From NCBI GenBank assembly GCA_023265925.1, contig JAHFSD010000001.1:3309-67308 (forward strand): a stretch of DNA of 64,000 bases, in the 5' to 3' direction. A program made the position numbers and the translations under genes. Below the pieces are notes generated by a model that ran no database searches, was not told where the DNA came from, and saw nothing but the letters and a program-made list of their open reading frames with translations. This DNA is from an archaeon. Its GTDB lineage: Archaea; Nanobdellota; Nanobdellia; Woesearchaeales; GW2011-AR9. Numbering within the stretch: the first letter of the stretch is position 1; each line of letters opens with the position of its first letter. Of the stretch, positions 46,686 through 55,797 are shown piece after piece.

Positions 46686-46796
46686 AAAAAAAACATTCCA
46701 CAAACTACTCGCCTAGTAAGTGTCGTGGGGCTTTATGCCCCACCTGAGTACGACTCGCCTAGTGTAACTGGCTGACCAAAACGCCCCACCTACCAG
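46686..46796 (-). ncRNA. candidate ~100-nt small RNA carrying a module homologous to the tRNA-Gly T-loop intron
   Basis: Plus-strand 46738-46772 matches 9772-9806 at 30/35 positions. It has a GTGGGGC/GCCCCAC hairpin. A TATA-like ATTTATAAT (minus strand, 46804-46812) lies upstream, and T8 on the minus strand (46686-46693) lies downstream. Confidence 0.3.
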
Positions 46797-46887
46797 AGAA
46801 AGTATTATAAATGGCAGATATATATACTCCAGTAGGGAAATGGAACGTCACACTGTAATTTAATGTATCCAGTAAGGAGAATGTAAA

Positions 46888-48843
46888 ATGAGTAAACAGT
46901 CAAAAACCATCCAACCTAAACAGATTTCAGCAGTCAAGCCCGCTCAGGGAGCTGCTCTGGAATCAACATCAGGGGTAGAAAGTTCCTTTCCCACCGAACA
47001 GCCTTTACCGCCCGGCGCGCCCAAGCTGCCACCCGAACTGGAAAAGAAACTCAAAGCCCTCAAGGAAAAGCTCGATTCATTCAAAGACAAGATTCTGGAA
47101 AAATTTGGTGATTACATCGTGGGTATCGCCTTACTGCCTCCGGAAAAGCCGCCCGCCAAGGAGGGGAAGGACGGGAAAGATGGAAAAGACGGGAAGGAAG
47201 GCGAAAAGCCGGAACAGCCTAAAGAGGAGCAGAAAATCAACGTCCTGGTGATTGTGGACGATACCACCAGCCAGAAGATGACCAAGGACGAGCTGCACCA
47301 TAAATTCTCCACGATTATCGGCAAGATGGCTGAAGAAGTGGACAAAAACATTGCCTCACAGAGCATCCTGTTGACCGATTTATGGCAGAATTGTTATGAC
47401 GGGAAGTATGAAATGAATGGGCTGATCTCCGTCTCGGCTCCGATTTACGACAGTGGCATGCTGGCTGCTATTAAAATAGCTGAAATCCATAAAAGCATGG
47501 TGCTCAAGAAATTTGAGAAGTATATCATGAGTTACGTTCTGGCCGGTTCGCTTGTTCAAGGAAGAGCAACGCCCACTTCTGACATTGACGTCTGGATCGT
47601 GATTGATGACACTGACGTCAAGAAAATGACGCGGGTGGAGCTGAAAGACAAGCTTCGTGCCATCATCATCGGTATGGGTGTGGAAGCAGGGGAGATGACT
47701 GGCATCAGAAACAAGCTGAACATTCAGGTCTATATCGTCACTGATTTCTGGGAATCGCTGAAAGAAGCTAATCCGATTATTTTCACTCTGCTGCGGGATG
47801 GCGTGCCGTTCTATGACCGCGGCATTTTCATGCCCTGGAAGCAGTTGCTGCGCATGGGCCGAATCAAGCCCAGCCGGGAAGCGATTGACCTGTTTATGAG
47901 TACCGGCGAGCAAAGTGTCAGCAGGATCAAGTTCCGCCTGAAGGACATGGGCATGGAAGACTGTTATTATGCGATTTTAACACCCAGCCAGGCAGCGATC
48001 ATGTTATACGGCCTGCCGCCGCCCACGCCGCGGGAAACGCCCGACGTGCTGGAAGAGATTTTTGTCAAGAAAGAAAAGATGCTGGAGAAAGAGTACGTTG
48101 ATATCCTGAAAAAGAACGTCGAGCTGCGCAAGAAAATCGAGCATGGGGAGAAGAAAGAGCTTACCGGGACGGAACTGGATGAGTATATCAGGAACGCTGA
48201 GAAATTCCTGAAACGCATCCGCGAATTATTTGAAGAGATTGACAAGCGCTATGATGAGAAAAGCATCATCATGCTCTATGATGAGATTGTGACCATTATC
48301 CGTGACGTCCTCAAGCTGGAAGGGATTGAGCGGGCCCGGGATGAAGATATCATCAACCTGTTTGAGAAAGAGCTGATTGCTACCGGCAAGGTGCCGGCGC
48401 GCTACCTGCGCGACTTGCAGGAAATCGTTGACGCCAAGAAAAAACAGGATCAGAAAAAGCTGGACAAGACTGATATCGAGAAAGCGCGTAAGGGCAGCAG
48501 CGGCCTGATCAGGTTTCTGATTGAATACCTGCAGCGCAAGCGGGGAAGGGAACTGGAACGGGCTAAAATCAGGATCAAGCACGGCGAGAAGTTTGGGGAA
48601 GTGCTGCTATTGGATAAAGTTGCTTTCATCATCCATGACATTGACGCCAAGGAGCAACGGATTGAGAAAGCGCCCCTGAATGCCGATGGCAGCCTCGGCA
48701 GCCTGAAGGAAAGCAGTCTGGAAGAGCTGGAGAAAGAGGTGTCGCAGCTGAAATTTCCGCCCCGTGTCTTTATCAAGGAGCCGATCTTTGAGGATTTAAA
48801 GAATCTGTTTGGCCGGGACGTGGAAGTGCTGGTGAATTATTGA
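46888..48843 (+). CDS. large nucleotidyltransferase-domain protein with helical (HEPN-like) and coiled-coil C-terminal regions
   Basis: It has the NTase motif GSLVQGRATPTSDIDVWIVIDD, a degenerate earlier copy (INVLVIVDD), a low-complexity KEGKDGKDGKDGKEGEK stretch, and the SD-like AAGGAG 8 nt upstream of the ATG. Confidence 0.65.
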   Translation: MSKQSKTIQPKQISAVKPAQGAALESTSGVESSFPTEQPLPPGAPKLPPELEKKLKALKEKLDSFKDKILEKFGDYIVGIALLPPEKPPAKEGKDGKDGKDGKEGEKPEQPKEEQKINVLVIVDDTTSQKMTKDELHHKFSTIIGKMAEEVDKNIASQSILLTDLWQNCYDGKYEMNGLISVSAPIYDSGMLAAIKIAEIHKSMVLKKFEKYIMSYVLAGSLVQGRATPTSDIDVWIVIDDTDVKKMTRVELKDKLRAIIIGMGVEAGEMTGIRNKLNIQVYIVTDFWESLKEANPIIFTLLRDGVPFYDRGIFMPWKQLLRMGRIKPSREAIDLFMSTGEQSVSRIKFRLKDMGMEDCYYAILTPSQAAIMLYGLPPPTPRETPDVLEEIFVKKEKMLEKEYVDILKKNVELRKKIEHGEKKELTGTELDEYIRNAEKFLKRIRELFEEIDKRYDEKSIIMLYDEIVTIIRDVLKLEGIERARDEDIINLFEKELIATGKVPARYLRDLQEIVDAKKKQDQKKLDKTDIEKARKGSSGLIRFLIEYLQRKRGRELERAKIRIKHGEKFGEVLLLDKVAFIIHDIDAKEQRIEKAPLNADGSLGSLKESSLEELEKEVSQLKFPPRVFIKEPIFEDLKNLFGRDVEVLVNY

Positions 48844-48869
48844 ATTATAACTTCTTGTAAGTAATCACT

Positions 48870-49721
48870 GTGGGAAGGCTTATAAATATTGAAACTTCTG
48901 TTCCGGTAATGGCCACCATCAACTTGAAGCAGGAGGATTTAGAACAAGTGCTCATAAAAACTAATGTTTCCCCGGAGCTGGAAGCTGTACTCAGAGCAGA
49001 AATTCAGTACTACGATGAATACTATCTTATTGTACCTCAACAGAAAATTGTCAAAGCTTTTCGCCAGGAATTTGTTAAAGACCCCCATATTGGCTTGTCT
49101 TCTATTCCCGAGATTCGTTTGGTCAATTATGATGAAGGAACTCCTTTCTCAGCACTAGAAGAAATTTTTGCTTTAGCAAACCTGCCGATCATAACCAGGG
49201 ATCAGGAGAAAGCAACGCTGTCGGGATTCCGACCGATCTATAATAGGGATGGCGCTGAAACCTGGCTAGTAGCTGTTGCTGTACCAATTCCCCGGGTCGC
49301 TTTAAACCATTTCAATCCTCATGTTCGCCCGATGGCTGAAGAGAATCTTCGTTTCATTAGCGAATTGTTTAGGAAAGAATATTCCCTACGCTACCGTCTC
49401 GTTGAAACTTTATGGAGAGCCTGTCCACCGGCCTGTTTTGTGTATGAACAGAAAGGCCAGATAGAAGGAGTAAGCTTTAACGCCGTCACCGGTGATGAGC
49501 TGTCTATGCGGCAACTTTTCGTGCGGGAAGGCCGTAGAGGACGAGGAATAGGAAAAGCTTTGTATGAAACAAGATTAGAATTTGCTCGCCAGTCTGGCCT
49601 GGCAAGGGCAAAGGCAGCTGTCCGCTGGGAGTCCTTGCAGTTTCATCAGTTGTTTGGAGCAAAAAAAGAAGATGTGATTCAAAAATATGTAATTCGCAAT
49701 TTTCCACCGAAAAGTTATTAA
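48870..49721 (+). CDS. GNAT-family N-acetyltransferase with N-terminal extension
   Basis: It has the acetyl-CoA motif A, FVREGRRGRGIGKALYE. An alternative ATG start lies at 48909. Confidence 0.7.
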   Translation: MGRLINIETSVPVMATINLKQEDLEQVLIKTNVSPELEAVLRAEIQYYDEYYLIVPQQKIVKAFRQEFVKDPHIGLSSIPEIRLVNYDEGTPFSALEEIFALANLPIITRDQEKATLSGFRPIYNRDGAETWLVAVAVPIPRVALNHFNPHVRPMAEENLRFISELFRKEYSLRYRLVETLWRACPPACFVYEQKGQIEGVSFNAVTGDELSMRQLFVREGRRGRGIGKALYETRLEFARQSGLARAKAAVRWESLQFHQLFGAKKEDVIQKYVIRNFPPKSY

Positions 49722-49744
49722 AGAATCGAGCCTTTAGAGACCTA

Positions 49745-50101
49745 ATGGTAGAACCAGCTGACCAACGATTGGAAGAGAGATTATCAGTATTGATAGACAA
49801 GGTCATCAGACTTATGCCAAAAAAAGGGAGGGCTGTCTCTCTTTATGCTACCAGTAACGGATCATACGATATCTTTGAGAGTGGTATCATGCAATTGTGG
49901 AAAAGTCGCTACGAAAATGGAGATCCAGTCACGAGATGGAAAAAACTCAGCAAACAAGAATTTCTTAGCTGGGTATATAGCCAACCTCAAGAAGTGCAAG
50001 AACGAGTCTCCCAAAACATTTCAGATTATATTACTAACGAAACTCCCCAAGAGCGGGGGGAAGTAGAATTTCCACGATCGAGACACCTTTTCGGGTATTA
50101 A
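49745..50101 (+). CDS. hypothetical protein
   Basis: 118 aa with no recognised motif. Confidence 0.45.
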   Translation: MVEPADQRLEERLSVLIDKVIRLMPKKGRAVSLYATSNGSYDIFESGIMQLWKSRYENGDPVTRWKKLSKQEFLSWVYSQPQEVQERVSQNISDYITNETPQERGEVEFPRSRHLFGY

Positions 50102-50132
50102 AGCCTATTTAGATTCTTATTGGAATAGGTAA

Positions 50133-51074
50133 TTATTTTTTTACCACATAAAACAATTCATTCTTAAACTCCAGAAGGGTGTACTGATATCCCCGCCGCC
50201 GACAGAGCCAGTCCATCCAGTTCCTTTTGGGAGCAGTCATCCTCTTCCCGCTCATCGTTTTGGTAGGAAAACTGACTACGACCCAGCGGGCTGGAACACT
50301 GTGAATCACTGCTTCCGTCGCCGTATGCCCTTTCCCCCGGTCCAGGACGTCAGTCATCTTGAACAGGAAACAGATGTCAACTTTCTTCAAATCAAGCAGA
50401 GCGGCAAAGTGCAGCGCATCAAGGACTTTGGCAGATCCTTTAAAGTTCCGATCTAAAGAATGGAGATGCTCAAAAAATTCCTGCAGCAGGGCAATTTCAT
50501 CTTCATTGAGATCAAAGGCCTGGTACGTTAGCTTCTGTCCGGGCCAAGGTGCCGGCAGCAGCGGAATCGAGAAAGGATTAATTCCGCAACCCAGATCGAT
50601 GATGCTCCTGGGCCTTCCTGTAATCTTAAATAATTGCTCATAGAGCTCCTCATAGCAGGGCAACCGTTCCCGGGTAGAAGAATTCGTTGCCAGTATCGTT
50701 CGAATCAAGGCTTGGTCAATTACCTTTCTTCCCCCCTTTCTTTCCACCAGCATTTCTACCAGTTCATGGAGGCGCTGGGAGTCCTCGCTGCGGCGATAGA
50801 GCCCGTACCATTTCCGTAGCCGGGCGCGGAGCTGCTTGATGATGGATTTATACCTGACCGAGCGCCGGGAATAGGTGTCCGCTAAGAATGTGGCTGCTTT
50901 CCGGTCCTGCTGCAGGAATTGGGAGAGTTGCTCGCGGATGAAATCCTCACTCAGGTTTTGCAGCTCTTTTTTTTTCTTGATATCTTTCAATAGCTGCAGA
51001 ACGTTTTCTTCATCAATCATCGTGTTGCCGATGAGTACGTTGCCGATGAGCATGTTCCCTGAAACCAGAGCCAT
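50133..51074 (-). CDS. ArmA/Rmt (FmrO) family 16S rRNA (guanine-N7)-methyltransferase homologue
   Basis: Block-wise resemblance to ArmA as I recall it: RARLRKWYGLY / KKLHQIWGSYY, NSSTRERL / HSSTNERV, IIDLGCGINPFSI / ILDFGCGFNPLAL, YQAFDLNEDEIALL / YHAYDIDRAEIAFL, DICFLFKMTDVL / DVVFLLKMLPVL, VVVSFPTKTMSGK / FVISFPIKSLSGK. The start is likely an internal ATG (51074, 51053 or 51020). The track ORF start at 51320 would overlap the divergent signal peptidase gene. Confidence 0.8.
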   Translation of the reverse strand: MALVSGNMLIGNVLIGNTMIDEENVLQLLKDIKKKKELQNLSEDFIREQLSQFLQQDRKAATFLADTYSRRSVRYKSIIKQLRARLRKWYGLYRRSEDSQRLHELVEMLVERKGGRKVIDQALIRTILATNSSTRERLPCYEELYEQLFKITGRPRSIIDLGCGINPFSIPLLPAPWPGQKLTYQAFDLNEDEIALLQEFFEHLHSLDRNFKGSAKVLDALHFAALLDLKKVDICFLFKMTDVLDRGKGHTATEAVIHSVPARWVVVSFPTKTMSGKRMTAPKRNWMDWLCRRRGYQYTLLEFKNELFYVVKK

Positions 51075-51113
51075 TATAAAAAGCTTTTTAAACCAACCGG
51101 CAATGTCTCCGTC

Positions 51114-51773
51114 ATGGCAGACGGGAAACGAATCAGAGAGATAGCCAAAAAAGTCTGGCATTTCCTGTGGGTGGATGACAGCGCCTGGAGCTGGATTGCC
51201 AATATTGTGATTGCTTTTGTGGTGATCCGCTTTATCTTTTATCCGCTCCTTGGCCTTCTTCTCGGCACGAGTTACCCGATCGTTGCCGTGGTCAGTGAAA
51301 GCATGGAACATGGGCTGCATCAGGGCGTGCTGTGTGGAGAAGGATTCCGGGATTTTAAAGATTCGTTTGACAATTACTGGCAGGCTTGTGGCAGCTGGTA
51401 CAGCAGCCGGGAAATTTCCCGGGAACAGTTTGAGGGCTTTCCCTTCCGCGACGGGTTTGACAAGGGCGATGTGATCGTTTTATGGAGGGCCAACCGGAAT
51501 AATCTCAATGTTGGCGACATCCTGGTCTTTCGCGGCAATCGTCCGCAGCCGCTGATTCACCGCCTCGTTAAAATCTATGAGGAAAACGAAGACACCTACT
51601 ACCAAACCAAGGGTGACCATAACAGCAACAGCATTGAAGGTGAGTTTGGAGAAACCAAGATCGGAAAGGAGCGCATTATTGGCAAAGGTCTGGTGCGCAT
51701 ACCTTATTTAGGTTGGATTAAAATCCTGTTCGTGGAAGCGCTCCGGCCATTAGGGATTAATATCCAGAGGTAA
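51114..51773 (+). CDS. signal peptidase I, archaeal/Sec11 type (S26B)
   Basis: It has an N-terminal TM helix, the catalytic Ser box VVSESMEH, GDILVF, HRLVKI, and KGDHN. Confidence 0.85.
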   Translation: MADGKRIREIAKKVWHFLWVDDSAWSWIANIVIAFVVIRFIFYPLLGLLLGTSYPIVAVVSESMEHGLHQGVLCGEGFRDFKDSFDNYWQACGSWYSSREISREQFEGFPFRDGFDKGDVIVLWRANRNNLNVGDILVFRGNRPQPLIHRLVKIYEENEDTYYQTKGDHNSNSIEGEFGETKIGKERIIGKGLVRIPYLGWIKILFVEALRPLGINIQR

Positions 51774-51881
51774 AGTCATACTCACTTCGTTTGTTTCCGC
51801 AGGAAACCAGGGAACGCTAGTGACCCTGGTAGCTTTCCCCACAGAAAGTATATAAACCCCCAGCTTTCTCCCTGCTTTAAA

Positions 51882-52199
51882 ATGTTTTGCCCCAAATGCG
51901 GTTCGATCCTGCGGCCGAGAGACCGGGCCGGTAAACGCGTTCTTTATTGTAATTGCGGCTTCACCAAGACGCCCGGCGAGGAAGAAACTTCGATGGAATT
52001 GCGGGAAATTGTCAAAAGCGGCAAGAAAATTGAAGTGATGGAAACGATTGAAACCAATCCCAAGATCAAGATCACCTGCGACAAATGTGGCAACAAATCA
52101 GCTTATTTCTGGACGCAGCAGACCAGGGGGGCCGATGAGCCTGAAACGAGATTCTTTAAGTGCACCAAATGTAACCATACCTGGAGAGAGTACGCATGA
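51882..52199 (+). CDS. tfs: transcription factor S (TFS) / RNA polymerase subunit M paralogue
   Basis: It has two zinc ribbons (CPKCGS...CNCG and CDKCGN...CTKCNHTW) with an acidic loop QTRGADEPET. Confidence 0.9.
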   Translation: MFCPKCGSILRPRDRAGKRVLYCNCGFTKTPGEEETSMELREIVKSGKKIEVMETIETNPKIKITCDKCGNKSAYFWTQQTRGADEPETRFFKCTKCNHTWREYA

Positions 52200-52693
52200 A
52201 GCCGGCCGAACTGCTCCAGGAGTTGTCGAAAGATGAACTATATCGACAGTGGATTGCTCACCATTCCCCAGCTTACCTCTCCCACTTCTTCTGCCCGATT
52301 GATGCTGATTATCATGAGAAAGCTCAGTGGGAGATTGGCTTCTATGATCCGGCAGCGAAAAAGATAACGGTGTTTGTGCCCCGGCCGGGAACGGTAGAAA
52401 TCAAGCCAGCTGACGATGTCTTTCAGAAGGAACCGGCAGCAATTGAACGATTGGAAGTGGAGAAAGTAACGATTGATCTGGAGCAAGCCATTCCTCTCTG
52501 CCAGCAGGCGCTGCAGGATTATTTTCCCAATGAGCCGTTGGTGGAAGGCTTTCTGATTTTACAGACGTTTCAGGATACCATTCTCTGGAATTTTACTTTT
52601 ATGGCCAAGACGTTTCGCTTTGTGAATGTGAAGATTGACGCGCAAACGGGCAGCGTGGTTACCCATCAGCAGGTTGATCTGGTGGAGAAATGA
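52196..52693 (+). CDS. hypothetical protein
   Basis: 165 aa overlapping the tfs stop by 4 bp. No recognised motif. Confidence 0.5.
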   Translation: MKPAELLQELSKDELYRQWIAHHSPAYLSHFFCPIDADYHEKAQWEIGFYDPAAKKITVFVPRPGTVEIKPADDVFQKEPAAIERLEVEKVTIDLEQAIPLCQQALQDYFPNEPLVEGFLILQTFQDTILWNFTFMAKTFRFVNVKIDAQTGSVVTHQQVDLVEK

Positions 52694-52851
52694 TGGTGGA
52701 AAGATGATGAACACTTCCGCAACGCCCCCCCTTTATTCACCCCAGTGGTATTCCCAACGCAGACTAGAGGTTGCAGGTCAATAGTCTTTATATAGCCCAA
52801 ACTTTTTCCCAAAATAGGATAGATGTTTGACAAAAAAGGGGTGGTAGATAT

Positions 52852-53529
52852 TTATTTTTCTTTCTTGTCGTAGCCCAACAACTCATCCACTTCTTTCTGT
52901 ATCGCCTTAGCCACCTCTTCCACCGTTCCTGAACCATCCACCACCACAATCTTTTCTTCTTTATCCCAATAATGATGACGCAGCGCTGCCAATCTCTCCG
53001 CAGCAGCCAGATAATTTTCCTGTACTTTCTGCTGGAATTCCAATCGGTCAAAATATTCCGGCTTTCGTCCCGCCTGCCGGGCGCGCTCCCGGGCCACATC
53101 GAGGGGAACAGTCAGAATGAGGGTAAGATCGGGCCCATACATTTTCTGATGGCGGCGAATGAGCTCATCCATATCTGCTCCTTGTGCCGACTGGTAGGCA
53201 ATGGTTGACAATTTATGCCGGTCAGAAATGACCTGCTGCCCGGAATAGACAGCAGGAACAACAATATGGTCCAGATGCCATTGCCGGTCGCGGATGAAGA
53301 GGTTGGCCCAATATTCGGGATCGTCGCTAACGTTCTCCCCGGGAAGAAGTTTCCCTTCCAACCGTCGCCGGATCTCCTGCCCCTCCAGGGAAAGTTTGGT
53401 GGGCTCTCTGGTCAAAGTCACAATGTTCTTCTTATCCTTTTCAAACAGGTATTTGCCTAAGAGGATAGATTCCGTTGTCGTTCCTGAGCCATCAATCCCT
53501 TCCAGGACGATGAATTTGCCGGGATCCAT
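52852..53529 (-). CDS. tmk: thymidylate kinase
   Basis: It has the P-loop LEGIDGSGTTT, the DR(H/Y) motif ISDRH, and a LID region. Confidence 0.9.
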   Translation of the reverse strand: MDPGKFIVLEGIDGSGTTTESILLGKYLFEKDKKNIVTLTREPTKLSLEGQEIRRRLEGKLLPGENVSDDPEYWANLFIRDRQWHLDHIVVPAVYSGQQVISDRHKLSTIAYQSAQGADMDELIRRHQKMYGPDLTLILTVPLDVARERARQAGRKPEYFDRLEFQQKVQENYLAAAERLAALRHHYWDKEEKIVVVDGSGTVEEVAKAIQKEVDELLGYDKKEK

Positions 53530-54039
53530 TTATTTCCTCCGGTAAGTTACAAAGCTGTAATTCCCGCGGGAAACACGGGACTTTTCTTTCCACTCTTCCG
53601 TGGAAAAAGCAGGAAAATAGGCATCGCCCTGATATCGTTGATGCAGTTCAGTAATTTCCAGCTGCTGCGCTAAGGGCAGAGCCTGCTCATACACCTGCTG
53701 GCCGCCAATGACAAAAGCAGGGCTGTACTTTATCTCGCCCGAGACCGGATTGACAGCTTCCACTCCCCGAACATATTCCAATGCATCCTCCAGTGAAGAA
53801 AATGCCGCTGCCCCTTCAGCCCGGTATCCAGCTTGTCTTGTCAGCACAATATTTAATCGCTCAGGCAAGGGGCGATATTTCTGGGGGATGGATTCCCAGG
53901 TCTTCCTGCCCATGATAACCGGATGATGTAGCGTCAATTGCTTAAACCGCTGTAAATCTTCAGAGATGTGCCAGGGCACTTTACCGTCTCTCCCGATTAC
54001 GCGGTTTTCTGCCACTGCGGCAATGATGATGAGTTCCAT
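53530..54039 (-). CDS. folA: dihydrofolate reductase
   Basis: It has IAAVAENRVIG..GK.PW....DL..FK..T....VIMGRKTWESIP and GGQQVYEQAL. Its stop abuts the tmk start. Confidence 0.9.
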   Translation of the reverse strand: MELIIIAAVAENRVIGRDGKVPWHISEDLQRFKQLTLHHPVIMGRKTWESIPQKYRPLPERLNIVLTRQAGYRAEGAAAFSSLEDALEYVRGVEAVNPVSGEIKYSPAFVIGGQQVYEQALPLAQQLEITELHQRYQGDAYFPAFSTEEWKEKSRVSRGNYSFVTYRRK

Positions 54040-54067
54040 AATTACATCCCATAGTTACGCCCTATAG

Positions 54068-55141
54068 TTAGACTGCCATAGCTCGCTTAATTGAGGGGTG
54101 AGGGTCATATCCCTCTACGATAAAATCGTCAATTGTTAAAGCATCAAATCTCTTGTTGCCGATTTTAATTTGCGGCAAGGGCCGCGGCTCCCGGGAAAGC
54201 TGCTCTAATATTGCCGTGACATGGTCTTGTCCTTCCTTACCCACTGGCTCGGAAGGAGCCTGCTGCTCGATCCACTGCGCGATGCTATGATACTCTTCCC
54301 GCGACGAGCTATAATTTATTGGCAGGATCTGCTTTCTCAAACTGTCCAGAAAACCGGCATAGAATTCGCCTCGTTTTCCTGCACCACAATAAAAATGGGC
54401 ATCGCCAAAACTGTGGACGAGCCGTCCTGGTGTCAGGGCCGCCTGCCGGGCCAGGATCTGCGTCAGCAAGGCATAGCTGGCAATGTTGAATGGCACGCCT
54501 AAAAACATATCACAGGAACGCTGGTAGAGATGAAGGTCTAATCGTCCTTCCGCGACGTTTAATTGGTAAAAGGTATGACAGGGCGGCAAGGCCATCTCCG
54601 GGATTTCTTCCGGGTTCCAGGAGGTGACAATCAGCCGCCGGGACGAGGGGCTGCGCTGTAAAAGATCAATAACATCCGCTAACTGGTCAATCTCTTTTCC
54701 CGTAGAAGTTTTCCAGTGCCGCCACTGCGCGCCATAGACTTCGCCCAGGCTGCCGTGCTGCTGCGCAAAGTCAGCATCCTCATTAATTTTCTGGACGTAT
54801 TCTTCCTTGGCCTTGAGCCAATCGGCAGAATACATCGGTAGTTGCTGATGTAATCCTTGCCGTTTCAGGTAATGTTGGAAAGCATTGCCATCCCAGATAT
54901 GGACACCATTGTCAACGAGAGATTTAATATTCGTCTCACCGCGCAAAAACCAGAGCAGCTCCTGGGCCACACTTTTCCAGGGGATTCTCTTGCTCGTAAG
55001 CAGGGGAAAGCCAGCTGCTAAATCATATTCGTTCTGGTAGCCAAACCGGGAGATGCTGTCAATCCCGGTACGATTCGGCTTGTGGACAGAGTATTTGTCT
55101 GTCAGAATAAATTTTGCATGAGTCAGATATTGCTCTACCAC
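54068..55141 (-). CDS. thyA: thymidylate synthase ThyA (long form with insertions)
   Basis: It has RTGIDSISRFG, ELLWFLRGETN, IWDGNAF, the catalytic LPPCHTFYQLNV, and YQRSCDMFLGVPFNIASYALLT. It uses a GTG start and is 357 aa. Confidence 0.95.
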   Translation of the reverse strand: MVEQYLTHAKFILTDKYSVHKPNRTGIDSISRFGYQNEYDLAAGFPLLTSKRIPWKSVAQELLWFLRGETNIKSLVDNGVHIWDGNAFQHYLKRQGLHQQLPMYSADWLKAKEEYVQKINEDADFAQQHGSLGEVYGAQWRHWKTSTGKEIDQLADVIDLLQRSPSSRRLIVTSWNPEEIPEMALPPCHTFYQLNVAEGRLDLHLYQRSCDMFLGVPFNIASYALLTQILARQAALTPGRLVHSFGDAHFYCGAGKRGEFYAGFLDSLRKQILPINYSSSREEYHSIAQWIEQQAPSEPVGKEGQDHVTAILEQLSREPRPLPQIKIGNKRFDALTIDDFIVEGYDPHPSIKRAMAV

Positions 55142-55255
55142 GTGTACACCCTCCTTTCCCCTGCCAGAATGGTTTTACCCGGCTTTAAATAGATTTGGAT
55201 GGTAACAGCTAACGATTGCAGTGGCAGTATTGGAAAAGAAGGGCCGGCGGGAAAT

Positions 55256-55495
55256 TTATTCCCGTTCAGAAAGAGTTAAAGCCGGTAATTCCACGGCGAT
55301 ATCGAGCGGCTGCTCCTGCCTTCGAGCCAGAACGTTGAAGAGCGCATACCCTTTTACTGAACCAGTCTGTTCATCCCGGCGCTCAAAGACATCATCGCCG
55401 CGGTCTTCGTAGTACGAAGCAGTAGGCTCGCCGAATCTGATCTCTAAAAAGTCGCCCTCTTGGTCCCAATGGATAAACATTTTCTCTTTCATCAT
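55256..55495 (-). CDS. DUF2283-family small protein (antitoxin-like)
   Basis: 79 aa with pattern WDQEGDFLEIRFGE.......E...DDVF.RRDE.TG.V.GYAL. Confidence 0.6.
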   Translation of the reverse strand: MMKEKMFIHWDQEGDFLEIRFGEPTASYYEDRGDDVFERRDEQTGSVKGYALFNVLARRQEQPLDIAVELPALTLSERE

Positions 55496-55797
55496 AGGTT
55501 CCTCACATAATAGGCAGTTACTACAAAGCCCTCACCATTTAAATATCTTACGGCGGCAAACAGATACTTTCCCTTTTCTTTATTGAATCTGTAATAATAG
55601 CGGACATTTTGGGGATTGTACTTGCTCGGCTTTATTACCGTAGGATTCATCAGAACGTCTTTTAATTCCTCAATATTCTGAACAGCAGGATGCTCTTGGG
55701 CAATATGTTTCCAGCGTTCAACGGTCAGACGAATGACTCGTCCCGTCTGGTCTCTAATCTCGAACAGGTGTCGCATCAAAAATAGGAAAAGGGTCAC
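55492..55797 (-). CDS. small toxin-like protein paired with DUF2283
   Basis: It overlaps the DUF2283 gene by 4 bp. Its pattern is I.LT.ERW.HI...HP.......L...L..P..I........R.YY.........YLFAAVRYLNGEGFVVTAYY. The ATG at 55776 is a likely start. Confidence 0.45.
   Translation of the reverse strand: MTLFLFLMRHLFEIRDQTGRVIRLTVERWKHIAQEHPAVQNIEELKDVLMNPTVIKPSKYNPQNVRYYYRFNKEKGKYLFAAVRYLNGEGFVVTAYYVRNL

Noticed and set aside
46614-46796. Attempt to fold the 46.7-kb structured region as a second intron-containing tRNA, SRP RNA or RNase P RNA
   Set aside because: No T-arm, anticodon arm, SRP helix-8 GGAA/AGCA motif or RNase P CR-I (GAGGAAAGUCC) could be found on either strand. The class is left undetermined.
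47150-47215. Short tandem repetition (aaggacgggaaagatggaaaagacgggaag...)
   Set aside because: It encodes the low-complexity KEGKDGKDGKDGKEGEK linker within a long ORF. It is not a CRISPR or a non-coding tandem repeat.
51021-51074. Direct repeat gttgccgatgag x2 (LIGN-VLIGN) at the 5' end of the methyltransferase ORF
   Set aside because: It is a very short duplication in a region that is probably upstream of the true start codon. No further significance could be supported.
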